A stretch of 64,000 bases of DNA from Eremomyces bilateralis CBS 781.70 (Eukaryota), in NCBI GenBank assembly GCA_010015585.1, contig ML975166.1. One strand, written 5' to 3'. Below are positions 1 to 11,930 of this stretch, piece after piece (position 1 is the stretch's first letter; every line of letters begins with the position of its first letter). Made by a program: the position numbers and the translations under genes. The notes beneath the pieces are model-generated. The model did not search any database. It had not been told where the DNA came from and saw only the letters and a list, made by a program, of their open reading frames with translations.

Positions 1-101
1 GGTAGGGTCAATCGAGTCGAAGGTAGCCCTAGCCTTGTCGTTGTTCGCATTACCGCAGTTGTATTGGAGGATGCCAGTCCCTATCATTGAGTACTAGGGA
101 T
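1..101 (-). mobile_element. Tad1-like LINE fragment: ORF1 stop overlapping the start of ORF2 (AP-endonuclease N-terminus), running off the left edge
   Basis: Minus strand from ATG at 87 reads MIGTGILQYNCGNANNDKARATFDSIDPT. ILQYNxG resembles the first strand of fungal non-LTR APE domains. An overlapping frame ends ...PSTQ-TGA across the ATG (ATGA overlap). Confidence 0.6.
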
Positions 102-340
102 AGCATTATAATAAAGTCTGAAAGTTGATAGATAGACTTTACTAGTCATTTTAAGCCTTTACTTAATTTCATAGAGCTCTGGCTATTGTAGTTGAATATA
201 TACCTAGATCCTAGGTGCTAAAACCTACTGAGACTAAGGTATATATTCAACTACAATAGCCAGAGCTCTATAAATTTCATTAAAGGCATGAAATGACTAG
301 TAAAGTCTATCTATCGACTTTTAGACTTTATTATAATGCT
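102..340. repeat. AT-rich foldback / MITE-like inverted repeat (about 103-bp arms, about 33-bp loop)
   Basis: 102-204 (AGCATTATAATAAAGTC...GAATATATACCT) is the near reverse complement of 238-340 (AGGTATATATTC...GACTTTATTATAATGCT). Some mismatches are G/A and C/T transitions. Confidence 0.9.
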
Positions 341-768
341 GTTGTTGAGATACAGGGTTATGAAATATCCCGATTTTGGTGAGATTTTGAGGTGGCTAAC
401 TCGCTGGTTTGGCTAGCTCACTGGTGGATTACGTTACTATGTAGGCTCCACTAACTGGCACAAATACAGCCTAGATATAGTTATAACCCTCTTCGTTGGA
501 AATGCTTGAAAGATTTCAAGTAACGGCAACAGGGCCCGACACTAATCTTGACCTGAGTCTTGAAAGGGACCTTGACAAGCTCTGCATTTGCATCAAAGTT
601 AACATCACTGTTAAGTCCAGTCGGTGGGGATGGAATGTGAATAGACTGCGATTCATATTCCTTGGGCCTGACTTCACAGAACCACAAACCGACGTGAATG
701 GATGATTCCTGCCCTTTAAGATGTTTCTTCCGCTCAGAAGCTGATGTATGCCCTCACATCAATTACTA

Positions 769-2479
769 TTATGTCCTCTTCTCAATAAAAACAGGCCAGG
801 AGTGGGGAACAACTGTAAAGTAAGCCTTCCACTTCCACTCCTGCTTCTCGTCTACTTGTCGGATGTTGTAATCCTTGACCAGAGTCGACGTAATCTTTGC
901 AAGCTCAATCTTTGCAACATTCTGTCCGGGACAAGAGCCGTAACCTGCTCCAAACTGCGTGATGTTGTTAGCATGTTCAGCCACCAAATGATGCCTCCAG
1001 AACATGAAACAGATCAATTGACTCACAGGAATCCAGTACTTCTCTTTCGCGGCGATGTCTCCTTCTAGCCATCGGTTTGGATTGAACTCGTCCGCATCTT
1101 CACCCCAAAGCTCTTTTGAGTAGTGAATCACCCATGGGTTGACAGAGACAATAGTGCCTTCGGGCAAGGTGCGATCGCCAATGGTCAAGCCTCCCTTGGG
1201 AGCTATTCGAGGAAGCCCCATTGGAACTGGGCCGAACATCCGCAGTGCCTCTTTCACACACGCTTGCACAAAGCTAACTCGGAGTTAGCAGGGGTGTTGT
1301 TCTCGATGAAACGGACTCAAGAAGATTACGGTAGTTGTTGGGCATCAGCGTAGGAAACCACTCGATCCTTGCATAGACCGTTCTTCACTGCTTCCTCGAC
1401 TTCGGCCTGAGCACGTCTCCACGTATCGGGGTGACGAATCATGTGATAGATGAAAGACTGAATGCCACCAGCAACAGTATCTGATCCGGCGCCAACAGCA
1501 GCAAGGGCTTGTGTGCCGATCTCTCGAATCGTGAGCTTGTCGGGATGCCGTTCATTTTGCTTGAACCAATATTGGATCGCGTCGTAGCGAGCATTGGGGT
1601 TCTTTTCGCGATCTGTTAGAACAGCTTTCGTCAAGTCGAACAAGTGGCCCATTGGCATGATGGACAACCAAGTGACCAAGGGGTTAGCCAAGAGCGCAAT
1701 GTTAATCCAACGAAAGTACCCGGCAACTGCAACGTAGGCATTGAGAGCCAGTGAGTTCCCAATAGCGTTGCCAATGTCTTTGCCTTGCTCAAGGAAACCG
1801 AACTGCTTCGAGAAGACAATCTCGCCGATAACGTCGAAGGTTGCGTATGAAATGAACTTGTTAAGGTCCATTGGCTTCTTGTCGGCTGCGTATATATCCA
1901 GCCAGTGGAGAAAAGACTCGAAAGTCCGGTCGATATGCTCCTCTGACCTCAGTATGCTAGAGACGGTGTACGCGGCGGCAATGTACTTGGACTTTTCAAC
2001 CTTCTTCTTGGGATCCGTGGTGCTCATAGGGGATTGAAAACGGTAATCCGGCAAAGCGTGGATTTTGTACCAATTACCCTCAATGCTAGTTAGACATGGA
2101 AAATCGGATGGTTGCTTTGAGCAGTTACCTTACGTAGAGGGGCGAGAAGGGTCTTTTTGATAGCATCTGGATGACTGACGCTAACCTCATCGTAGGACAT
2201 CCGAACAAAGTGGCCTACAAGACGTGTGAGCGAGTATACTCTATGTACACTTCCGTACGACATACCATGCCTCTCATGCAGTCGAATCAGTTCCAGATTC
2301 TGGTCACCCTTCAAGATTCGTTGCATGTGCCATAGCCGGGTGAACGATGCAGCAAAGGGCCCTGGGACGTCGCTGATCGCGGAGAAGTATCGGCGCCACA
2401 CCAGCAGACTCAAGAGCCCAACGACTCCCAGAGCTGTAAGGGATGACCAGCTCACGTGGAAGGTGTCAAGAAACCCCAT
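769..2479 (-). CDS. Cytochrome P450, pisatin-demethylase/CYP57-clan-like (multi-exon)
   Basis: N-terminal TM anchor followed by DVPGP, I-helix AGSDT, K-helix EALR, PNRW, and heme motif FGAGYGSCPG, spread over ORFs 2090-2506, 1326-2054 and 769-1269 with GT-AG introns. Confidence 0.9.
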
Positions 2480-3032
2480 CGTTCCCGCACAATTGTTGAG
2501 ACGCAAAAGTTTTAGATTGTACCAGGTAGCTGGCTTTGCACGGTGATCAAGCTATATATGAAGTAGGAGACAGGTGGGGCGCCCTCTGTTCCGGGTTTGG
2601 ATCACCAATCAGTGCTAGGGGTTAGGGGTAGTGGGGCTTTAGTGTCAGTCCAAATGGATCCCTAACTAGTTAATTAGCCGTTACAATGTGCACTAACTTG
2701 TGGAGGCCCCACTGACTCGCGGGTTACGAACCTGCAACAGTGAGGCCGAAAGCCCGAAACCAATATTAGGACACATGCATAATGTAATCTGTTTACGCCT
2801 GAGTGCCTGACGAGGGAAGCAGAATGAGTCTCCCGGCTGCTCGGGCACCGAGTATCGCTACCTGGGCAATCTTTGAATCATTCGACAAATTTGGCAGCAC
2901 AATCGATGTCTGGCCATAATCAGGAAGTACAGTGCCAGCACTGAAACTGATCCAATCAGCTGGGATACTCTATTCTCATTCTATTCTCATTCTGGAGACG
3001 CTAATACTGTACAATAATCACCTTGGACGTTC

Positions 3033-4507
3033 TTATCTGTCCAAGTAGCCAAGTCCGTGCTTGGGTGGTAATCTGCTCTGCGTGCTCGCGAGTGCGCGCT
3101 GCACATCCACGTTGGTCGTAACGGTAATCGCCTGGTGTCCAAAATTCCCGTCCCTTGATTTATCCTCGTCAAAGGAGTGTGACCTCGGGTTTCTAACCAC
3201 ACCCAAACGTCCTTGCCCTTTTGTCTGTTCGAAGAGCTCCTCTTCCGACTCGTTGCTCTCCAGTCCTCGCTCCAACCTTGTAATGTAGCCATTGGATGTG
3301 TTCTTCTTCGAGTCGCCTGGGTTTCCACGATCCATAGACGAGAGTTTGTGTGGTCTCTGGTAGGAAGGGTCATTGCTGTCTTCGGAACTGTTATTATTCC
3401 CTCGGACTTTGGTCCATAGCGCCTTCAGAGCGGGGAGATTGACAGCAACAATGGCGCATTGCACTTCGAATGCCGCGACGATGATCATCTTCCCCACATC
3501 TACTGAAGCGTCAGTCTTCATCGAAGTGACTGAGATCAATACGGGAAGGCGGAGAATCGCCACAGTGACGGAGACGAGACCGAAGCCAAGGACGGAGATG
3601 ATGGTGACTTTTCGCCGAAGGGTCATTTGGAGAGCCCAGATTGTGGTGATCGGAAGGCATAGGATGTAAAAATCCATCGCGATATTCTAGAGATACTGTT
3701 AGCATGCACAAGATGTCCACGAGCCATCAATCTCAAGGGTCAGGAAAAGTTCGTCAAGACATACAAGAACAGGCGGAGTGATCATGATGGTGCGCGTGTC
3801 GATGCATGTAACTTCAGGATGCAATAAGGGGTTGAGGATCTTCTCGAACGGTATGCATTGTAGGACTGTCATGAGCCTGCATATTGTCAGCCATTCGCAA
3901 CGCTCCAGAAAGGCAATAGAGGCGCAACTTACAAACTCGTGAGAAAGACAGCGGAGTCAAGTGCAAATCCAATGTATACAAAGATCCGGAACGAATGGTC
4001 GGGAGAAAGACGCAGGTAGAATAGAAGGAAAGTTGCCTTGATGACACAGTGCGCTCCATAGATGACAATTTCCTCGATAAACGCTGTCTGTATTTATAGT
4101 CAGAATATCGCTTCATTTCACTACGAGGTAGCGGAGGCTGCTCACCCGAAGAAGATCAAGGGACTGGAAACTACAATCCACATTTCCTGGCCTGTTGTAG
4201 ACAGTCAGTATCCGCAGAGCCTTTGAAAGACAAATTTGGTGAGAACTTACTTGCCACAACCTAGATTAAGAAATAGCTGCAAAACGACTTGATGGACGAT
4301 GCTGACAACCTGCTAAGGTAAGCATGGCATGAAGGATTCCTCGAATCAATTGTGACTGACCAAGACAACACATGACGCCGTGTCATCCCAACCCCATGAC
4401 TTCACGACCAGCGCGCGAGAATAAAAACGAGCGATGGACGATAGTGTGCCGATTGCGAAGGTGATGTAGGCGACGACATATGCCAACTCGAACAGGTTGG
4501 TCGCCAT
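3033..4507 (-). CDS. PTH11-like integral membrane protein (fungal rhodopsin-domain GPCR-like, no CFEM)
   Basis: Exon 1 reads MATNLFELAY...ARFYSRALVVKSWGWDD. A middle exon has IKATFLLFYLRL. The last exon has DFYILCLPITTIWALQMTLRRK...EVQCAIVAVNLPALKAL and a polar tail. Confidence 0.85.
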
Positions 4508-4766
4508 AATGCGAAGGACAAATCACCCAATTAGTATAACAACAACAAAAAACACTGATAGACGATCCGGAAACTCTTTCGGCGGGAAGGATGCATTTCG
4601 GGTGGTCGGAATATATATATAATCCCTACTCATGACTCAAGTTTTGTGCTCTCGTCTAGCGCTTTGAAGAACCGTTGAGAAGGATATTAAGATCTACGTG
4701 TGAGAGTTCGAATACGATAAAGGCCCCCTGATTAGAACTGTCCTCGCGTACTAGCGTGTAACTCGT

Positions 4767-4851
4767 ACGAACAGGCTGGCACCCCCCTGTTTCTTCTATC
4801 AACTCAACCTCCATTGTATGGCGCAGGCTGGGGGGGTGCCAGCCCGTTCGT
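4767..4851. repeat. GC-rich inverted repeat, 21-bp arms with 1 mismatch
   Basis: ACGAACAGGCTGGCACCCCCC (4767-4787) pairs with GGGGGGTGCCAGCCCGTTCGT (4831-4851). Confidence 0.8.
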
Positions 4852-7487
4852 GACCAGGGCCTGTAACTGCTGGAAGTCTGCGGGGCTGGCCCGGTACCCT
4901 AGGTGTCCCGAACTAAACCGTTCTCGGGTAGCGATCGAGCGAAGGAAAAACCAACCCGTTGAAATATGCAACTGACATAAAGATCAACGAGCTCCGATCC
5001 AAGTCGGCTAGAGGGCCGAAACCGCCACTAGGATACTACCCGGGCCGTGACGCCAACTCTGCATAGCCCCGGCTAGCTCAAAAGCCATTCCCGAGTCAGC
5101 ACTTGCGCCTGAGAACGCGAGTCAAGGTAGACACCAAACCAGAGCCCAGTTTTCGGAGCTGCAATAATTAATGCATTTACATAACTTATTTAATCCATAA
5201 CGTTACAAAAATCTGGCAGGATTAGGCCTAACTAGCAGTGTGCAACTGGGGTTTGCTCTTGGTTCTCCATTCCTGGCATTGGGACATTGGATTGTGGTGG
5301 AAGACCCATCCGAAAAGGGAGGTGGGCGTGCCAAAGCTGCACCACCAGTTCAGGGACAGTCTGAAATAATTTGACAGAATTATTTGGGTAACATTTTAAC
5401 ACCGTAACTAAGTAAGTTATGTATGTACGTATCTAAGTCATAACAATCTGTTATGGTACGAACGCAAGCAACTGTTTTCTTACTCCACCTGTTATGGTTC
5501 CAGCCTTCCAGGCCTGTTTTCCTGGAACCGTAGTGGCACTGTGGCTTGCCTTTTCACTCTGCTGCGCCGCACCAAGCACCACCAGGCAGTGAAGCAGCTT
5601 AACCATGAGCACAACCTCGTCGCAATGCCGTGGCTTCTCAATTTCTGTCTTTTCACCTGGACAGCAATCTTTCTCATGCATCGCTACGTCTACTCTTCGC
5701 GCACTACCCTAATGAATCTCGCCTTTGGCCATGCGTCCTTTGCGAATCAACGAGTACGGCGAGTTCAGCCTGACTAATGATCTGATCGACAACATTCCTC
5801 CTTATGCTATACTTTCACACACCTGGGGGGAGGATTATGGGAGGATTATGAAAAGGTCAACTTCAAGACTTGACGATAGGACCTAGGAAGACAAAATCTG
5901 GATACAAATAACTTCGCTTCTGTACACAGCAAGCGGCCCGCGATAATCTACAACATGTCTAGGTGGACACCTGCTGTATCGACAAATCGGACCATAATGA
6001 GCTTTCAGAAGCCATTAACTCTATGTTGCGCTGGTATCGCGATGCGGTAAAATGCTATGTATATCTCTCAGATGTTTCAACGAATGATCACGACGAGGTC
6101 AGCGCGTCCTTGCAGTCGTGGGAACCAGCACGTCGCAAAAGCCGATGGTTTACCCGCGGGTGGACACTTCAAGAGCTTCTTGCTCCGTCGTCGGTTGAAT
6201 TTTTCTTTTCAAACGGCAAGCAACTCGACGACAAGAGGTCCCTAGAGAGACTGCTACACGAGATTACAGGGATCGCGGTTCCAGCTCTTCAACGCGCTCC
6301 TCTCGCTGAATTCAGCATACACGAGCGAATGTCATGGGCTAAATAGCGGCAGACTAAGCGCGAGGAGGACAAGGCCTATGCTTTGCTTGGCCTTTTTGGC
6401 ATTCATATGCCGCTTATTTATGGTGAGGGGATAGAGAGTGCATTCGGCCGGCTTCATGAGGAATTTGATAAGAGAGTTCGTCCTATACAGCGTCGTGAGT
6501 ATGTAGCTATGACTATCCTCTATCACTATACTATAAACGGATTACTGATTGAAAGCGGATATGCAGCCAGTCCAGTCGATCGCCTACCATATGCTGTCGA
6601 AGCGCCCTTTAACTCCTATTTGAAGCAACATAAGCCCATTTGCCTTCCCGATACCCGCGTCGATCTCCTTAGAAAGATAAATAGCTGGGTAGACGGACAA
6701 AGTGGGCAATGTATCTTCTGGCTGAGTGGATTAGCTGGCACGGGAAAGTCAACCATCGCTCGCACCTTTGCGGGAACACAATCTCAACGCGGTGGCTTAG
6801 TGGCCAGCTCCTTCTTCTCACGAGGTGGTGGGGATGTCGACCATGCAGGCAAGTTTGTTACAAGCCTTGCATGCCAGCTTGCAAACAGTATACCCACTCT
6901 TCACCAGCATGTTTGCGATGCTATCACGGGGTATAGCGACCTTACGGATCGATCGCTCCGTGAACAGTGGCATCAGCTTGTCTTGTGTCCACTTTCAAAG
7001 CTAGAAAGTACCGGCTACCAAGCATTGTACGTTCTTGTGGTTGATGCGCTTGATTAATGCGACGACGACGACGACATCCGGATTATCCTCCGTCTCTTGG
7101 CCGAGGTTCGATCGTTAGACAAGGTGCAGCTACGGGTATTTCTGACGAGCAGGCCCGAGATCCCAATTCGACATGGGTTCTATCAGATGCCGGATGAGGA
7201 ATACCAAAGCTTTATGCTCCATAACATATCGCCGTCGACCGTTGACCACGATATCGCCATCTTCGTCGAAGACAATCTTAAGCTTATCCGACAGGAACGT
7301 TCTCTAGATGCTGGTTGGCCAGGCGAAGAGGCCCTCAGATATTTGGTCCAAGCTGCGAGCGGGCTATTCATTTGGGCCACAACCGCTTGCCGCTTTATCC
7401 GTGAAGGTAAACGACATGCTGCTCGAAGACTCGATACAATCCTTAAGAGCTGTGGCAGCGCTGGCACTGTTACAGCACCGGAAAAGC

Positions 7488-7783
7488 TAGGGTGGGTGTA
7501 AGAAACAAATGAAATAAAGAGGAGCCTGTAAATTACCGAATTAATGCAAGAAAGTAGTTTATTTCTTTCCATTATTTTCTTATCTAATTAGAAATCTCGT
7601 AGAAGCCCTTTGGCAGTTGGATTTCTCGCCCATAAACTTTCATGCCTTAGGCATCAACATACAGTGCGCTAAACAAATTGGGTTAGCGTTTTTTGCGAAA
7701 TTTACATCGTATTCTTTGTTTCTTACATAAATTTGGGGGTTTCTTCGCAACAAATGTTTATTGCATGAAATTTACCCACCCTA
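7488..7783. mobile_element. 296-bp non-autonomous hAT-type MITE
   Basis: 10-bp TIRs TAGGGTGGGT...ACCCACCCTA and 8-bp TSD GGAAAAGC (7480-7487, 7784-7791). Removing the element and one TSD restores the NACHT frame TAPEKHLDEIY. Confidence 0.9.
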
Positions 7784-8405
7784 GGAAAAGCACCTTGACG
7801 AGATCTACACCACTGTCCTTAAGAATTCTGTTTCCCCCGAATTCACAGATATAGAGAAAGAAGAGTCTTATCGTATACTAAGACAGGTACTCGGAAGCAT
7901 CATTGTACTCTTCGCACCGCTTTCTGCAGACTCCCTGAGCAGACTACTGTATGTTCCCCTAATGAACATTAATCAGACGGTAGAGGATCTACACTTTATC
8001 CTGATCGTTCCGAAGGACAAAGCTCGACCCCTTCGTCTCTACCATCCTTCATTTCGGGACTTCCACTTGGACAACAATAGGTGCCTTGAACCAAGTCTCT
8101 GGGTAGAAAAGAAGCAAGCGCATTAGATGCTAGCCGAAGATTGTATACGGCTAATGTCAGCTTTGCTAAAGCAGGATATATGTAGCATAGGCGCACCCGG
8201 TATACTTGTAGCCGACGTTGATAGCAGCCTAGTACTAGAGTGCCTCCCGCCAGCGCTCCAGTATGCATGTTTCTACTGGATCCCGCATCTTCAGCAGAGC
8301 TCCACTCAGCTTCGAGATAACGACCAAGTACACCAGTTTCTACAGAAGCATTTACTTCACTGGCTTGAGTCTCTTAGCTGGATGGGGAAGATTTCTGAAG
8401 GGATC

Positions 8406-8667
8406 TGTGAGATAAATAGCGGTTTCGCTCAATCAGGTGATTAATGCAGCGACACAGTGGGAAAACACCGTTAGATTCCAAAAGAGCGTAGATAGATTGA
8501 CCCTGATCCTGAAGAGCCGGATCCTACGAAAACAGGCTGTTCCTGCAGCTATTTTATATGGTTTACAATGGTGATCTTTTCCCTAAAAGGGGAAAGAATA
8601 GGGGTATAGAATCGAATGTGGAATGAAGCCGTGGGGAAACGCCAAGAAACATAGATATTCTGTGACA
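8406..8667. mobile_element. Solo LTR, copy 1 (262 bp)
   Basis: TGTGAG...GTGACA termini, 5-bp TSD GGATC on both sides, near-identical to 14064-14325. Confidence 0.9.
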
Positions 8668-9160
8668 GGATCTATTATCGCTTCGCTAGGGTCGTTTGCT
8701 CCTGTTAGTTTACTTCCAAACGTGGCCAAAATCATCGCTAATATTTTGGATAGTCTATGTTGAATTGTTGATTGGTTTTGACGTGTCAATCAATCACGGA
8801 AGTCATAGGGTACCCGACATAGGGAGTGAGATGCTTATTTGTGTAAGAAGTAGGATACATGTTACATGGCAGAGTAGATGTCGCACGTGATGTGCTAAAA
8901 TGGTTGGGAGTAAGGTGCTGTTGTTACAGCAGCGAAGTTGTTTGTATTGTGTGTGTTGTGTAAGTTGTGTGTTCTAGCTGAATGCCTGGTCCCCCGGCCC
9001 TACAGATATACGAGAGTCATGGCAAGATTATTAATGCAGTTTGTAGCCTTATGCTCCCATAGGCCATACACGATAGATGATATCCCGCGCCCCTGGTTCG
9101 TCAGCTGAAGCTTAGAGTACCTCATCCACACTGTGGACGCTAGATCCCTAATCTAGCGCC

Positions 9161-9910
9161 TACACTCTAAACGATAATGTCGTCTAAACGATAACTTGAT
9201 ACAGCTTCCAGTCTCCTTAAGCGGAGTTAAGCTTATTTATCCTCCGCCATTATGCCGAAAAATAATGATGCTATTGAATCTAGAATCCAGAGAGCCCTCC
9301 AATCAATCCCTCATAGCCAAATTCCCAATTTTAAGGAGTTGGAGCGTGAATTCGACGTGCCATACCAACGACTACTCGCTCGCTCAAAGGGCCGCAAGAG
9401 TCTATTCGAGCGGCCTAGTTGCACGCTGAAGCTTTCTACCACTCAAAATACTGCTCTAAAGGACTATCTCCGACGCCTCGATGACCTTGGAATCGCACCA
9501 CGGATTACGCAAGTTATTTCGTGCGCAAATACCATCCTGAAGATCGATCACACGGCTAGCGGTCAGCTTGGCCCCTCACCGACGGTAGACACTCGCTGGG
9601 CATATGCATAGTTCAAACGAGGGCCAGAGGTCTATGCACGGAAAGCACGTGTGCTTGATCTTAATCGTAAAGCTGCTCATGATATCCAGGCTCTCGGGAG
9701 ATGGTTTGAGCAGCTATACCATATTAAGATCCGATACGGAATCGCGACCGAGGACCTGTGGAATTTCGACGAGACTGGCTTCCGCGTCGGTGTAGGCAAA
9801 GACCAATGGATTATTTCGTTCTACCCGAGTAAAAAGCAGTATATTCCATCTCCAGAATGTCGAGATTCACTTACCGCTGTTGAAGCGGTAAGTGGTAATG
9901 GTAGTTACAG
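9161..9910 (+). mobile_element. Truncated pogo/Fot1-type (Tc1/mariner superfamily) DDE transposase with putative left end
   Basis: ORF from 9252 encodes an HTH/CENP-B-like region (ELEREFDVPYQRL...LKDYLRRLDDLGIAPR) and the first catalytic motif DLWNFDETGFRVG. Internal TAG at 9609-9611. Upstream TA plus a doubled TCTAAACGATAA (9166, 9183). The ORF breaks off after LTAVEAVSGNG. Confidence 0.85.
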
Positions 9911-9914
9911 TAAT

Positions 9915-11143
9915 CCGCGTCGACACTACATACTCTTTTTCATCTTCCTATTCAGGATATCAATTCTCTTGATCCCCTCCGGCCGGCTGCTCTTCAGGCC
10001 GCTCAGGCCGCTTTCCGGGGTATACGGTATCCGATTATCGACGAAAAATCTATGATCGGCCTTCGCCAGCTCTCCTATATTGACCGTCGTTGCCGCGAGA
10101 TCTTTCCCGGCGTTGATAAGTCTTTCGGTGGTCTCTACATTCTCCTCTGTGGCGATTTCTTCCAGCTTCCTCCGGTCTTGGCAACTGCTCTTTATAACCA
10201 GAAGAGGCTTCCAAATCTAGATGAGCAGCATGGGCGTAATATCTACGACCAATTCGAGCGAACAATTAAGCTTGATGAAGTTGTTCGGCAGCAAGGCAAT
10301 GACGTTGAGTCAATTTAGTTCCGCCAGGCTCTCGATCACCTGCGGATAGGCTCCGTAACTCGTGACGACTGGACACTGCTTAGTACACGAGTACAGGCCA
10401 TGCTTCCATCTGAGGAGGTGGCATCTTTCCGGGATGCTCTCCGTATCTTCGGTAAGAAAGCGCCTGTCGCCGCGTTTAACTACTGTCGTTTGCGCGATCT
10501 TCGTTCTCCTGTTATGATATGTCGAGCAATTCACGAAGGAGGGGCAAAGGCAGAAAAGGTTCCGACTAATGAGGCAGGAAACCTCCATTCTGAGATTCCG
10601 ATGGCATTGGGAACCCGTGTTATGTTGACAGAGAATCTCTGGACCGAACGAGGCCTGGTGAACGGTGCGATGGGAACAGTGCGTGATATTAGCTAGCAGG
10701 CTAGTGCTGATATCCATAAGGATCCTCCTTCCGTACTCCTCGTCCAATTCGATCGGTATGATGGACCGACGTTAGACATAGGCGGCTTTGCTTTAGTCCC
10801 AATCCTCCCATCACGCCGTGATTTCTATATCGGGAACACTTCCTACTCACGTTCACAGTTCCCGTTGACTATCGCATATGCCATCACAACGCATAAGTCG
10901 CAGGGAACGACTCTAGCACCGGCTGTGCTAGACATTTCGGAGCGGGAGTTCGCGCCTGGCCTGACCTACGTGGCAGTCTCCCGTGTAAAAAGCCTTAGAG
11001 GGATCATGTTTGAGGCTCCATTCGATTTGCAGGATTTGAACCCTCGCACGGAGAGCGAGACGATGAAGTCCCGGAAGCAGGATGCGCTTAGGAGGGAGAA
11101 CCAGCATATCACGGGAGAGGTTTGTTTACATCATTTGAATTAA
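9915..11143 (+). mobile_element. Pif1-family helicase fragment (Helitron-like), pseudogenised
   Basis: Motifs STLHTLF, IIDEKSMIG, LCGDFFQLPPV, VVRQQG, VMLTENLWTERGLVNGAMGTV, AYAITTHKSQG and YVAVSRV. TAG stops at 10316-10318 and 10694-10696. Walker A and the Rep domain are absent. Confidence 0.85.
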
Positions 11144-11930
11144 TCGCGCGGTGTTGACATAGTGTAGGATATCCGACGGGCTGTCGGATTGCCATCCTCA
11201 ATTCCGCTTCCTTCACAGGCGGCACAGTAGGGACGGAGCTCATAGCTTGGTGGCGTGGATGTGGAGGACTTCCGGAAGGCGGAGAGTGAATACTATAAAC
11301 AAAGGTGGTTATGTGGCGCGAGATCAGGATCAAAACATCACTATACGACCAGACGATCAGACGATCAGATGAGAAAAGGATATCGTTTGAATTCCTAATT
11401 AGGAAGTATGCACTGGTCGTGAAGATGCTGTTTTTGAGCGATTCAGCTATTCCTCCCATGATTAAGAATACATACTTGATTAAAAATCCTACGGGAGGGT
11501 GATTCTTATTCTAGGAAGGCAGAGATCACGTGCTAGCTACGCTCGTGATGATTTGGGGCAGAAAGGTTGCCTTTATGCACCACTGGCCTATTTTAGGTAT
11601 CATCAGTAAAGTGGAGGGAAACCCCATCACTAGAGGCAAAAGACCTAGAATTTAGGTGCGGATAGCGCGATTTGTGTAGACATAGGGGCTATCAGGTAAG
11701 ATGAAAGCGGGTAGTAGGTAGATCCTGTTCAAACACCTAAAAAGAGCACAGATTTTCCTATGACACGATTATCCAATAAAAGATTTGCCCATTCGTCAAT
11801 TTTGCTTTCCGGCTCGTGTTATTCCAATCTAGCCGTGTCTCGACCGGCTAAGCCTTGCCAATCGCGCTGCGGCCTCAGCAGGGCACATAACAGCTACACG
11901 CATCCGTTACGAGAAACTGTTCGTTAGGGC

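Larger units (their letters stand above)
5731..8710 (+). pseudogene. HET-domain/NACHT NLR (HET-E-like) pseudogene
   Basis: HET motifs PPYAILSHTWG, VDTCCIDKS, WFTRGWTLQELLAP. NACHT motifs CLPDTRVDLL, GLAGTGKST, VVDALD, FLTSRPE, then LQYAC...HLLHWLESLS. Disrupted by in-frame stops (e.g. 6344-6346, 7055-7057), an 11-bp duplication (5828-5849), a MITE and a solo LTR. No C-terminal WD40/ANK/TPR repeats seen. Confidence 0.9.

Noticed and set aside
2614..2640. Telomere-like TAGGGGTTAGGGG stretch
   Set aside because: Only about two imperfect units in a promoter; not a telomeric tract.
11440..11520. Helitron 3' terminus (hairpin plus CTAG)
   Set aside because: The hairpin is weak and CTAG is followed by G rather than T. 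Not enough to call.
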